Shown: piece after piece, positions 17,309 to 25,867 of the stretch | How positions within the stretch are numbered: position 1 is the first letter of the stretch | How the letters are laid out: every line of letters starts with the position of its first letter | Source: a virus | Taxonomy: Duplodnaviria; Caudoviricetes | Direction: 5' to 3' (one strand) | IMG/VR virus record: IMGVR_UViG_3300037755_000987 | Span: 23,416-87,415 of that record | DNA: 64,000 nt | Position numbers and translations under genes: made by a program | The notes under the pieces: model-generated | The model's database searches: none | Seen by the model: only the letters and a program-made list of their open reading frames with translations | What the model was told of the DNA's origin: nothing

Positions 17309-18678
17309 GAACCTTCCCCCAGCCCGCCCTCGACTCGCTGGTCCTGCCGAAGAGCGAGGGCGGGGTCCACCACCCGCCCCGCGCCATGATGGCGTGGGCG
17401 CACGAAGGGCGATTCCTCGACCAGCCATACCGCGAGCAACCTGAGGACTCCGGCACCACGAACCATCGAATCCAGCGCTGCGCCGGCTGGATCGTGCACA
17501 CCCGCGGCCGCGACCCTCGATACGTCGGGTGGTGGATCGACCAGATGGGCCGGTGGCGCCGGGAAGGCGAGCAGCTCGGTGAGCAGGACACCGACACGTA
17601 CGACGCGCACTACATCGGCGCCCTCGTTCAGGTGGCCGCGCTGGCGCTGGCGGAGGGCCTCGAGCAACTCTACGCCGCCACCGCGGCCGCGCTCGCGCGG
17701 TGGGTCAGCCTTCGCCTGCTCATCACCGACCCGCGTACCCTCCGGTCGGCGGGGCCGGGCCGCCGCTGTGGCGACCCCTTCGGCCGGTCGCTCAAGCGCG
17801 ACATCGGGGTGTGCCAGCTCACCAGGGCGGCGGTACCGCGCGGCTGGCGCTGGCCGGTCACCGACGTGGCGATGATGGAGCCGCACCTGGTGGCGTCGCT
17901 GGCGCCGGCGCTGCCCCGCCTCTCGCGCAAGGTTGGCGCACTGCCCGTGCTGGAGGACCGGATGATCGTCCAGCCCCACGCGAACGGCTACGCCGCGACG
18001 ACGCCGGTGAGCACCATGAGGTCGGGCCGCGGCGGGTCGATCCTGTGGGGGGTCAGCCACGTCTACGGCAGCGACGAGGACCACTCCTACGCCGGGGTCG
18101 GCTGGCGCGATCTCGGCCTGCCCTACGATGCCAAGGAGGCGGCCGGCATCCCCAGGATCGGGATACCGCCCAACCCGCGACGGCCCTTCGCTCGCCAGAT
18201 GGGCGGCGGCCCGATGCCGATGCCGCTGCCGGGCCTGCCGGGGATCGGCGAACCGGTTGGCGCGCCCGTCGTGGTCGAGTCGGCCAGCGGCGGCGGTGGC
18301 GAGCAGCCCGCCCCGCCGCCACCGAAACCGCAGCCGAAGCCGCCGAAGCCCTCAGCGCCCGCGCGCGGCCGCTGGTCGGTTGCGGCGGGTGCGGCCTTCC
18401 GTCTCGCCCTGGCGGACGCGCGTCCCAACCAGCCGCTCATCAGGGCGCCCGGGGCCGAGTTGACGATCACGCTGCGCGATACCCGCACCAAGGAGCCGCG
18501 GGGAGTCGTCGCGCGAGCGGTCGCCGATCCCAAGGGCGGGCCGCTGGTCGTCGCTGGCGCCGGCTCTCAGCGCTGGCTGCTCGACACCGTCGACACGGAG
18601 AGCGACCAGCCGGCGACACTGGTCGTCCAGTCGCAAGGAGACGAACGGCCGCTGATCTTCATCCGGCAGCACACGTAG
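17305..18678 (+). CDS. Two-domain protein with Pro-rich linker
   Basis: ATG after GAGGAGG; linker PAPPPPKPQPKPPKPSAP. Confidence 0.7.
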   Translation: MRTFPQPALDSLVLPKSEGGVHHPPRAMMAWAHEGRFLDQPYREQPEDSGTTNHRIQRCAGWIVHTRGRDPRYVGWWIDQMGRWRREGEQLGEQDTDTYDAHYIGALVQVAALALAEGLEQLYAATAAALARWVSLRLLITDPRTLRSAGPGRRCGDPFGRSLKRDIGVCQLTRAAVPRGWRWPVTDVAMMEPHLVASLAPALPRLSRKVGALPVLEDRMIVQPHANGYAATTPVSTMRSGRGGSILWGVSHVYGSDEDHSYAGVGWRDLGLPYDAKEAAGIPRIGIPPNPRRPFARQMGGGPMPMPLPGLPGIGEPVGAPVVVESASGGGGEQPAPPPPKPQPKPPKPSAPARGRWSVAAGAAFRLALADARPNQPLIRAPGAELTITLRDTRTKEPRGVVARAVADPKGGPLVVAGAGSQRWLLDTVDTESDQPATLVVQSQGDERPLIFIRQHT

Positions 18679-18696
18679 GACCAACCCGAGAGGAGC

Positions 18697-19032
18697 ATGA
18701 GCATGAGCGAAGCGAGCACGACACCAGGCCAGGCCGTCTCGCACGGCCGCATCGTCGAGTACACCTTCAGCGCAGGCGACGCACCTCCGGGCGCTGCGGA
18801 AGGCGATCGCCGGGCGGCGGTGATCGTCCGGGTCTGGTCGCCGGAGGCCGCCGGCAACGGCTGCGCGAACCTGCTGGTCTTCCTCGACGGCGAGAACGAC
18901 GTGCCGGTCCCGCCAGGGGCGCCCTCCCAGGACGCGGCCGGCCAGATCGCTGCGGCGATGGCCTGGATGACGAGCCGGACCTTCGACCCGGACGGCGCTC
19001 CCGGCACCTGGCGCTGGCCGACGCGAGTGTAG
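18697..19032 (+). CDS. Phage hypothetical protein
   Basis: GRIVEY...RAAVIVRVW...ANLLVFLDG, a pattern I recognise from phage proteins; GAGGAG RBS. Confidence 0.75.
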   Translation: MSMSEASTTPGQAVSHGRIVEYTFSAGDAPPGAAEGDRRAAVIVRVWSPEAAGNGCANLLVFLDGENDVPVPPGAPSQDAAGQIAAAMAWMTSRTFDPDGAPGTWRWPTRV

Positions 19033-19119
19033 TAACCTCGCCGCCTCATCGGTTCCTCCAGCGGGCTGGGTCGGCCGATTCGCTCCCGGTCGACCCCGCC
19101 CCGGTTCTTTCCGCCCCGA

Positions 19120-19195
19120 CGCTCGGTGGCGCAGCGGTCAGCGCGGCGGGTCCATAGCCCGCAGGTCGTGGGTTCGAATCCCACCCGAGCAACCA
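19120..19195 (+). tRNA. Initiator-type tRNA-Met (anticodon CAT), CCA encoded
   Basis: C1.A72 mismatch, three G-C pairs closing the anticodon stem (GCGGG/CCCGC), T arm GTGGG-TTCGAAT-CCCAC; loop reads TC-CAT-AG. Confidence 0.92.
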
Positions 19196-19215
19196 ACCTT
19201 CTGAGGGTGTGCCAG

Positions 19216-19530
19216 GTGAAGGACGTCCAGGTCGAAGACCTACAGCTCGTCGAGATCGTCTGGGTCGACAGCCACTCGCCGAACACCAGCGGATGGGTGG
19301 ACCTCGAGGACATCGAGGGGCTCGGCAGCCGCCTCGAGGTGCGCAGCGCCGGCTACGTGATCGACCAGGAGACGAACGAGCACGCCGTCACGGTGGCCTC
19401 CCACGTCAGCCAGGTCTTCAACGGCCACCCAGGCTCGCTCTTTGGGGTGATGACGATCCCCCGCGTCGCCATCGTCTCGATGCGCGAGATCAAGCCCGCG
19501 CGGAAGAACCGGCGGAGAAGCGGTGAATAA
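19216..19530 (+). CDS. Phage hypothetical protein
   Basis: LVEIVWVDS...GW...VRSAGY...MTIPRVAI; start uncertain. Confidence 0.65.
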   Translation: MKDVQVEDLQLVEIVWVDSHSPNTSGWVDLEDIEGLGSRLEVRSAGYVIDQETNEHAVTVASHVSQVFNGHPGSLFGVMTIPRVAIVSMREIKPARKNRRRSGE

Positions 19531-19581
19531 GCTGCGGAGGCCCCTGGCGTCTCAATGCGGAAATCCTAAGGAACGTTTCCC

Positions 19582-20025
19582 GTGAAACCTGTGGAAGTTC
19601 TGGTGGTCGTCGACATGCAGAACACCTACGCTGCGGCGCGGAGCGGCGAGCTGATCTCCGCGATCGAGCAGGCCGCGGCGCAGGTCGTCGAACGTGGTGG
19701 CCGGATCATCGAGCTTGCCTACGACGACGGCGGCTCTTCGACGGTGCGGCTGCCGCCCGGAACGCCACGCCTCCAGAAGGCGCACGACGACGGGTCCGAG
19801 GTAGTGGTCGCCTGGCTTGAGGGCGCCGGCGTGGTGCCGGAGGTAGTGCGCGTCGTCGGCGTCAACTTCACCGCGTGCGTGATGGTGACAGCGGTCGCTC
19901 TGGCCGACCGACTCCGCGGCATCCACGCGCCAGGCATTGGACCGCTGGTCCAGGTGGTGGCAGACCACTGCGCCGACAACACGACCCACAACTTTCGGGT
20001 CGTCGCGCACTGGCCGCAACGGTGA
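19582..20025 (+). CDS. Isochorismatase/nicotinamidase-like cysteine hydrolase
   Basis: VVVDMQN, LQK..DDGS, VVGVNFTACV: Asp-Lys-Cys triad layout. Confidence 0.75.
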   Translation: MKPVEVLVVVDMQNTYAAARSGELISAIEQAAAQVVERGGRIIELAYDDGGSSTVRLPPGTPRLQKAHDDGSEVVVAWLEGAGVVPEVVRVVGVNFTACVMVTAVALADRLRGIHAPGIGPLVQVVADHCADNTTHNFRVVAHWPQR

Positions 20026-20387
20026 TGACCGCGCTGCTGTCCCCCCTCTACCACTGGAGCCCGCGGCGCCACCGCGTCTCGATCCTCGAGCACGGGCTCC
20101 GCACTATGCAGCCATGGCGCAGCACGGAGACGAACCCGGACGGCTCCGAAGTGCGGTTCCCGTGGATCTGCTGCTCGCCGTCGCCTTCGTCCGCGCTGGG
20201 CCTGGTGCTCGACCTCGAGGCTGAGGAGGACGGCTGGGATCTCTGGCAGGTGGACCTGCGTGACGGGGACCGCATCGAGATCCGCAGCGACTTCGGCCCG
20301 CGGGTGCGGGAGGTTCGGGTGCTGCACGGCCTGCCGGCCGACCGGGTATTCTGGTGCGGATGGCGCGACACGGATGGGCCGCACTGA
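20025..20387 (+). CDS. ADP-ribosyltransferase-fold protein (Tpt1/KptA-like pattern)
   Basis: LYHWSP...SILEHGL...WICCS...EVRVLHGLPADRV; GTGATG coupling to the hydrolase. Confidence 0.6.
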   Translation: MTALLSPLYHWSPRRHRVSILEHGLRTMQPWRSTETNPDGSEVRFPWICCSPSPSSALGLVLDLEAEEDGWDLWQVDLRDGDRIEIRSDFGPRVREVRVLHGLPADRVFWCGWRDTDGPH

Positions 20388-20406
20388 GGCAGAACCCGCG
20401 ACAGTT

Positions 20407-20415
20407 TGATATACT
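20407..20415 (+). promoter_or_regulatory. Extended -10 promoter
   Basis: TG-A-TATACT in an intergenic gap upstream of AGGAGG and ATG 20469. Confidence 0.55.
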
Positions 20416-20422
20416 CCTCCTA

Positions 20423-20447
20423 CCCCCCCCCAAACCCCCAAACCCCC
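20423..20447. repeat. C9-A3-C5-A3-C5 simple repeat
   Basis: Read directly from the sequence. Confidence 0.9.
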
Positions 20448-20468
20448 GAGAGGAGGGCGTCCCGCACG

Positions 20469-20738
20469 ATGCCACAGGAACCGCACCAGACCACCGGACT
20501 GAGAGCCGAGTGGATCGACCACCTCGGCCGCCTGGCCGCCGGCGCCGGCCGTCTCACGCAAGCTCGTCGCGACGGCGTTCGCGCATCGCTCTTCGCTGTC
20601 TGGTCGATCGCCACGGCCCTGCAGATCAGCGCAGACGCTTCGACCACTCCCGCGCCGCAGTGGGTTGACGCGCTGCTGGTCTTCGCCGCCCTGACGCTGG
20701 GAACCTACGCTCTCGGGCTTCGGGAGGCATCGCGATGA
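20469..20738 (+). CDS. Small membrane protein (two hydrophobic helices)
   Basis: AGGAGG RBS; ASLFAVWSIATAL and ALLVFAALTLGTYALGL. Confidence 0.65.
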   Translation: MPQEPHQTTGLRAEWIDHLGRLAAGAGRLTQARRDGVRASLFAVWSIATALQISADASTTPAPQWVDALLVFAALTLGTYALGLREASR

Positions 20739-20920
20739 GTACCTGCGATTGCGATCCCGACGAGATCATCGCCGCCCTCCGGCACTCCCCCGGACAGGTC
20801 CTCTTCTGCCGCTCCTGCGACCGCATCGTCAGTAGCGCGGCCGCGGGCGGGAACTGCCCCGACTGCGGCTACCAGCTCGAGCCGTACCAGCTTCCCGCAA
20901 GCCCCACGGTGCGGCCATGA
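20735..20920 (+). CDS. Small zinc-ribbon protein
   Basis: ATGA coupling; CRSC...CPDCG. Confidence 0.6.
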   Translation: MSTCDCDPDEIIAALRHSPGQVLFCRSCDRIVSSAAAGGNCPDCGYQLEPYQLPASPTVRP

Positions 20921-21093
20921 GCGGTGACTGGCTCCCCTTCGCCGTGGTTTTCGCCGTCTCCTTCGCCATGACCTCCGCCGGCATTCTCTTCGGCTTCCGC
21001 CGCGGGGTCCGTGCTGGCGCTTTCGCCAGCCAAGAAGCCTTCGTGGCTGCCATGCGAAGGGTCGGACTGAGCAAGAATGAGGAGGACACCTGA
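20917..21093 (+). CDS. Small single-pass membrane protein
   Basis: MSGDWLPFAVVFAVSFAMTSAGILFGFRRG...; translated by hand; ATGA coupling. Confidence 0.55.
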   Translation: MSGDWLPFAVVFAVSFAMTSAGILFGFRRGVRAGAFASQEAFVAAMRRVGLSKNEEDT

Positions 21094-21218
21094 TGCCCGC
21101 CCCGGACTTCGCCCTCCGCCTCGCCCTCGCCTCGCTGGTGCTCCTCGCCTGCCTGCTCGCGGTCGTCGCGGCCCCCGAACTGGGCGCGCTGTGGCGGCGC
21201 GTGCGGGGGCTGCGCTGA
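21093..21218 (+). CDS. Small single-pass membrane peptide (41 aa)
   Basis: GAGGAGG RBS, TGATG coupling; LALASLVLLACLLAVVAA. Confidence 0.55.
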   Translation: MPAPDFALRLALASLVLLACLLAVVAAPELGALWRRVRGLR

Positions 21219-21361
21219 TGCCCTGGTACTTCCTCGGCGCCCTCGTGCTCGCCACCCTTGCCGCCACCGCCGTCTGTGTCGCCGCCGTGGTGGCCGGCAA
21301 GGCAGATGACGACCTGCATGACGAGAGCGTGCTGCCCAGCGACTGGAGCGTCGGGCCGTGA
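21218..21361 (+). CDS. Small single-pass membrane peptide (47 aa)
   Basis: TGATG coupling; MPWYFLGALVLATLAATAVCVAAVVAG. Confidence 0.55.
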   Translation: MPWYFLGALVLATLAATAVCVAAVVAGKADDDLHDESVLPSDWSVGP

Positions 21362-21407
21362 GGCTGGTCCTCTGCCGCGCGGTTCGGGCGTTCTGGTCCT
21401 CTGCGCC

Positions 21408-21764
21408 GTGAGGTCAGGCGGCCGGCTGACCCGTGGACCACGGCGCCGGCGCCGCGCCGACCAGGACGAACTACGCTGGCTCTGCCGCTGCACCGACGGC
21501 AACCACATCGGATGGGCGGTCCACGTCGACCGGCTCAGCGCCATGTTCCAAGCGACCCGCTGTTGCCGGAGGGAACCGGGGCTGCGGGTCGCCAGGATCT
21601 TCGACCAACTCCCGCCCGGCTACGACGTCGACCGCCAGGGCAACATCCTGAACCGCGCCGGCCACCGCGTAGCCGACCGTTGGGAGAGGCGGCTGGACAT
21701 GGTTCTTTGGGAGATCCGGCGGCTGCCGGCGATGACCCTGCCGGACGGAAGGGTCCGGGCCTGA
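21408..21764 (+). CDS. Hypothetical protein (start uncertain)
   Basis: C-terminal part of ORF 21258-21764. Confidence 0.4.
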   Translation: MRSGGRLTRGPRRRRRADQDELRWLCRCTDGNHIGWAVHVDRLSAMFQATRCCRREPGLRVARIFDQLPPGYDVDRQGNILNRAGHRVADRWERRLDMVLWEIRRLPAMTLPDGRVRA

Positions 21765-22027
21765 TGATCCACCTCGACTCGACGTCGCTCTGGAAGGTGC
21801 AACGCGCACGGCAGCTCGACCAGCAGCAGCTCGCCGCGTTCCTGGGAGGGTGCGAGCTCGCCGGCGTCGAAGCGTCGGGCGCCGAACTGACCGCTTGGCG
21901 GAAGGGCACCGGCGCCGCCTTCCTGGCGTGGCGAGGTGCCCGCCGCGGCGTTCGCCGAGAGCTGAAGGCGCGGTGGGCGCTGTCGGGCGAGATCATCGCG
22001 CGCGACTGCAGGTGGAAGGCAGGGTGA
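21764..22027 (+). CDS. Hypothetical protein
   Basis: TGATG coupling. Confidence 0.55.
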   Translation: MIHLDSTSLWKVQRARQLDQQQLAAFLGGCELAGVEASGAELTAWRKGTGAAFLAWRGARRGVRRELKARWALSGEIIARDCRWKAG

Positions 22028-22281
22028 TGGGCTGCCCGCCGGCCGTCTACGATGCCCGCTACTACGAAGGGCTCCACAAGGTGGTGTGGCGCCGCGCCGG
22101 CTACCAGCGGGCGCTCTCCGCCTCGCTCGCTGCCGATCGGGCCGCTCGGCGAAGCCACACGCCGGCTCCCGCGACCCTCAGCACGGCAGCCCCGCGCCAG
22201 CGGCCACCTCGGCCCCGCGACCGTGGCGCTCGCAACCGCCGGCGCCGGAACCCCACCGCGCACCGATGCTGCCTTCGCTGA
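22027..22281 (+). CDS. Basic hypothetical protein
   Basis: TGATG coupling on both sides. Confidence 0.4.
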   Translation: MGCPPAVYDARYYEGLHKVVWRRAGYQRALSASLAADRAARRSHTPAPATLSTAAPRQRPPRPRDRGARNRRRRNPTAHRCCLR

Positions 22282-23045
22282 TGGGCCGCCCTCGCCGCCA
22301 CGGTGAACGCAAGCGCCGCCTGGCTGTGCGCCTGTACCGCGACGAAGGGCTGTCGATCAGCCTGGTCACCGCACGGCTGAACGAAGGAGCTCGCAAGGTG
22401 GTGTCGGCGACGTGGGTCTACCAGGTCCTCGACGCCGCCGGCGTGGTCAGGCGCTGCCCGGCTTGGCCGAGCTCGCTGGTGGCTCGCGCCGTTGAGCTCT
22501 ACGTTGACCAACGCCTGAGCGCCCGAGGCGTCGCCAGGGAGCTCGCGGCCGAGAACGGCGGCCGCGGCCCGAGCCACGAGTGGGTCCACCGGCGGCTACT
22601 CGAGCGTGGCGTCTACCGCTGCCGCTCGGCGTCGCAGCGGGCCCGGCGGGAGGCCGAGGCCGGCCAGGACTACGCGGAGGCCGAGCGTCAGGCCGTGGCG
22701 CTGTACGGGGAGGGCTTCGGAGCCCCGACCGTGGCCGGCCGGCTGGGCGTCTCGAAGACGACGGTCCTGCGCTGGGTCCGGGCCCGGCGCGCGGCCGACG
22801 CCACCCGCAAGCGAGCGTGGGAAGCGCCGACCGACGCCGTCCGTGAGCGGCTCAGAAAGCGCGCCGAGGTGATCCGCCTCCGCGGCGAGCGCAAGACCTA
22901 CGCCGCGATCGAGGAGGCGACCGGCGTGAGCGGACCCACGATCTACGGTTGGCTCCGGGCCGCCGGGATGGTTCGGGCGCAGCCACGGCGTCGCGTCCCG
23001 TGCAGGTACCGCCTTCCTGGCGCCCCCGACGAGGCGATGCCATGA
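22281..23045 (+). CDS. Protein with four tandem helix-turn-helix-like units
   Basis: RLYRDEGLSISLV, ELYVDQRLSARGVA, ALYGEGFGAPTVAGRLGVSKTTVLRWV, KTYAAIEEATGVSGPTIYGWL. Confidence 0.7.
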   Translation: MGRPRRHGERKRRLAVRLYRDEGLSISLVTARLNEGARKVVSATWVYQVLDAAGVVRRCPAWPSSLVARAVELYVDQRLSARGVARELAAENGGRGPSHEWVHRRLLERGVYRCRSASQRARREAEAGQDYAEAERQAVALYGEGFGAPTVAGRLGVSKTTVLRWVRARRAADATRKRAWEAPTDAVRERLRKRAEVIRLRGERKTYAAIEEATGVSGPTIYGWLRAAGMVRAQPRRRVPCRYRLPGAPDEAMP

Positions 23046-23338
23046 TCCGGCTGCGCGTCGAAAAGAACCACACCTTCCTGCTGCCGGGCAAGAAGCAGCA
23101 CACCTCGAGCCGCTTCTTCGTCCACGTCGCTGGCCGGAAGATCGGGGCGTTCTCAATCGAGGAGGGCGTCGGCAAGGCGATGCTCGTGCTCGAGGAGGTG
23201 ACGCTCGCCTACACGTGTCAGGACTGCGATGCCGGCTTCGACTGGCCGCACGGCGCGCAGGACCACGGCTGGCGCTGCGATGGCTGCGCGGCGAAGCGGA
23301 AGGAGAGGGGATTGCCGCGATGGGACATGCGACGGTGA
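23042..23338 (+). CDS. Zinc-ribbon hypothetical protein
   Basis: ATGA coupling; CQDC...CDGC. Confidence 0.55.
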   Translation: MIRLRVEKNHTFLLPGKKQHTSSRFFVHVAGRKIGAFSIEEGVGKAMLVLEEVTLAYTCQDCDAGFDWPHGAQDHGWRCDGCAAKRKERGLPRWDMRR

Positions 23339-23769
23339 GGCACCGCCGGAAGATGCGAGGCCGCGTCTCGGCGGCGGCGCAGCGAGCGATCGCCAAGGCG
23401 AAGCGTGACCAGGGTGGTGCCGGAATAGAGCGCGGTCGGCTCGCCGAAGAGCGCGCGCTGGCGGCGGTGCTCGACCACCGCGAACGCTGGCCGGCTTGGC
23501 TGACCGGCGTCCGCGCCGCCACCGCCCTCGAGGACCGCCACGGCGTCGACCTCGTCGCCGAGACGGCCGACGCCGGCGAGGTCGGCATCCAGATCAAGGT
23601 GGGGAGCGCCTGGACGATCGCGAAGCACCCGGAGCGCTATCCGGAGGTGCCGTTGCTCGCCGTGGGCAGCGACAGCGGGCGGCCGCTCTACCAGCGGGCG
23701 CTGGGGCGGATCGGGGAAGGGCGTCGTCGGGAGCTGGCGCGGCGGGAAACCGAGGGGGCAACGAGGTGA
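23320..23769 (+). CDS. PD-(D/E)XK-type nuclease-like protein
   Basis: GRLAEERA...EDRHGVDLV...GIQIK. Confidence 0.6.
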   Translation: MGHATVRHRRKMRGRVSAAAQRAIAKAKRDQGGAGIERGRLAEERALAAVLDHRERWPAWLTGVRAATALEDRHGVDLVAETADAGEVGIQIKVGSAWTIAKHPERYPEVPLLAVGSDSGRPLYQRALGRIGEGRRRELARRETEGATR

Positions 23770-25523
23770 CGGTCCAGCCGATCAGCGCCACCCGTCCACC
23801 CCGCACCTACGGGACCTTGCGGCTGGCGAGCGCCGGCGCCGGGAAGTGGGTGATCGCCGCGGAGCCCCACGTCATCCAGACGGCAAAGCGGCTCTGGCGC
23901 CGGGGCGGCGGGGTGACCGGGAAGATCTACCTCGACGCGACTCCGGCGGCCGCCGTCGATCTCCGCTGGTTCCTCGACCGCTACCCGCTCGAGATGACGC
24001 CCGCCGACGAGTACCGCCTCCATGAGATCGCGGACCGGCACGAAGAGTCGCTCCTGAGGGTCCAGGACTACCTCGGCCACCACGTCCCGCCGCCCGCGTT
24101 CGCCCTCGCACTGCCGCCCCGCGACTACCAGGCGCGGGAGGCGGCGGTCGTGCTCGAGCAAGGGCACCTCCTGGTCGCCGACGAAGTTGGGCTTGGAAAG
24201 ACGATCTCGGCGATCGCCGCGATGGCCGACACTCGCGCGCTCCCTGCTGTCGTGGTCACCCTGACGCACCTCCCGCACCAGTGGGCGGCGGAGGTCCGGA
24301 AGTTCGCGCCTGGCCTGCGCGTTCACGTCATCCGCAACGGGCCGCTCTACCCGCTCGACGGGTCGAAACCGAGCGCCGGCCAGGTCACGCTGCCCGGCTT
24401 CGCCACGCCCGACGTGGTCATCACCAGCTACTCCAAGCTGGCGAAGTGGGCGCAGGTGCTCCGTGAGTTCGCCCGCTACGTGGTCTTCGACGAGGTCCAG
24501 GAGTTGCGCCGGGTGGGTTCGCAGAAGTACGAAGCCGCGGCGGCGATCGCCCACGCTCCCGGTGTCGCTTACCGCATGGGGTGCTCGGCTACCCCAATTT
24601 ACAATTACGGCGACGAGGTCTTCAGCGTGTTGAACGTCCTCGCTCCGGGCTCCCTTGGGACCTGGAGGGAGTTCTCTTCGGAGTGGTGCACCCCGATCGG
24701 CAACAACCGGCACAAGCTGCGTCAGCCGGCGGCGTTCGGGTCGTGGGCCCGGGAGCAAGGGTTGATGGTCCGGCACACCCGGGTCGAGGTCGGGCGCGAG
24801 TTGCCGGACGTCGTCGTATCCGTCCAGGAGATCGGGGCCGAGGCCCACCGGCTCGAGGAGATCGAAGGCCGCGCCGCCGAGCTCGCCAGAATCCTGATGG
24901 ACTCCGCCGCCCGCGAGAAGGGCGAGAAGCTGATGGCGGGCGGCGAGCTCGACCGGATCTTGCGGCAGGCGACGGGCCTGGCGAAGGCACCGTACGTCGC
25001 GGAGTTCGTCCGGCTGTTGGTCGAATCCGGCGAGCGGGTGCTCCTGGCGGGGTGGCACCACGCATGCTACGACCTGTGGGCCGAGCGCCTGGCGCCGCTC
25101 CGGGTCGGCCGCTACACCGGGCACGAGACGTCGGCGCAGAAGCAGTTAATCGCCGGCGCCTTCATCGCCGGCGACCTCGACGTCCTGATGATCTCGCTGC
25201 GCGCCGGCGCCGGCCTCGACGGGCTGCAGGAGGCGGCGCGGGTGGTCGTCTTCGGCGAACTGGACTGGTCGCCTGGCGTCCACGAACAGGTGATCGGGCG
25301 TCTCCACCGCGACGGGCAGCCCGACCCGGTCGTCGCCTACTACCTGGTGGCGGACAGCGGGTCTGACCCGGTCGTCGCGCAGGTGCTTGGGGTCAAGAAA
25401 CAGCAGGCCCTGGGCGTGGTCGACCCGCACGCGAAGGAAGGAGACGGCCAACTCCTCGCCGGAGCGCAGGCGGATCGGGCGCGACAGCTCGCCGAGTCCT
25501 GGATGGCGAGGTCGCAGCGATGA
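23766..25523 (+). CDS. SNF2-family (SF2) helicase/ATPase
   Basis: LVADEVGLGKT, VVFDEVQ, SATPIYN, GAGLDGLQ, ELDWSPGVHEQVIGRLHRDGQ. Confidence 0.92.
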   Translation: MTVQPISATRPPRTYGTLRLASAGAGKWVIAAEPHVIQTAKRLWRRGGGVTGKIYLDATPAAAVDLRWFLDRYPLEMTPADEYRLHEIADRHEESLLRVQDYLGHHVPPPAFALALPPRDYQAREAAVVLEQGHLLVADEVGLGKTISAIAAMADTRALPAVVVTLTHLPHQWAAEVRKFAPGLRVHVIRNGPLYPLDGSKPSAGQVTLPGFATPDVVITSYSKLAKWAQVLREFARYVVFDEVQELRRVGSQKYEAAAAIAHAPGVAYRMGCSATPIYNYGDEVFSVLNVLAPGSLGTWREFSSEWCTPIGNNRHKLRQPAAFGSWAREQGLMVRHTRVEVGRELPDVVVSVQEIGAEAHRLEEIEGRAAELARILMDSAAREKGEKLMAGGELDRILRQATGLAKAPYVAEFVRLLVESGERVLLAGWHHACYDLWAERLAPLRVGRYTGHETSAQKQLIAGAFIAGDLDVLMISLRAGAGLDGLQEAARVVVFGELDWSPGVHEQVIGRLHRDGQPDPVVAYYLVADSGSDPVVAQVLGVKKQQALGVVDPHAKEGDGQLLAGAQADRARQLAESWMARSQR

Positions 25524-25867
25524 CGCCGGCCGAGGTGGCGCGCGCCATCGAAGCCCGGCCCGGCAGGTGGGCTGACGAGGAGCAACTGCAAGAGCACCTC
25601 GCTCAGGTGCTGGCGCCGCTCGGTTTTACTCGAGAGGTGATCGCCGGCGCCGACCGTTTCGACTTCGCGGCTGACGGGCTGATCGTCGAGGTCAAGGTCG
25701 GCGGCACGCCGGCGACGGTCATCCGCCAGCTTCTGCGCTACGCCGCTCGGCCGGACGTGTCGGGGCTGGTGCTCGCCGCGACGAAAGCGTCCCTCGGCGC
25801 AACCCCCGACACGCTGTCGGGCAAGCCGGTGGCGATCGCCCGGCTGTGGCTGTGGGGGCTGCTGTGA
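25520..25867 (+). CDS. Small PD-(D/E)XK-like endonuclease coupled to the helicase
   Basis: DEEQLQEHL...RFDF...LIVEVK; ATGA coupling. Confidence 0.6.
   Translation: MTPAEVARAIEARPGRWADEEQLQEHLAQVLAPLGFTREVIAGADRFDFAADGLIVEVKVGGTPATVIRQLLRYAARPDVSGLVLAATKASLGATPDTLSGKPVAIARLWLWGLL

Noticed and set aside
19061-19110. Hairpin plus TTCTTT upstream of tRNA-Met as a terminator
   Set aside because: The U tract is short and separated from the stem; could equally be a tRNA processing leader
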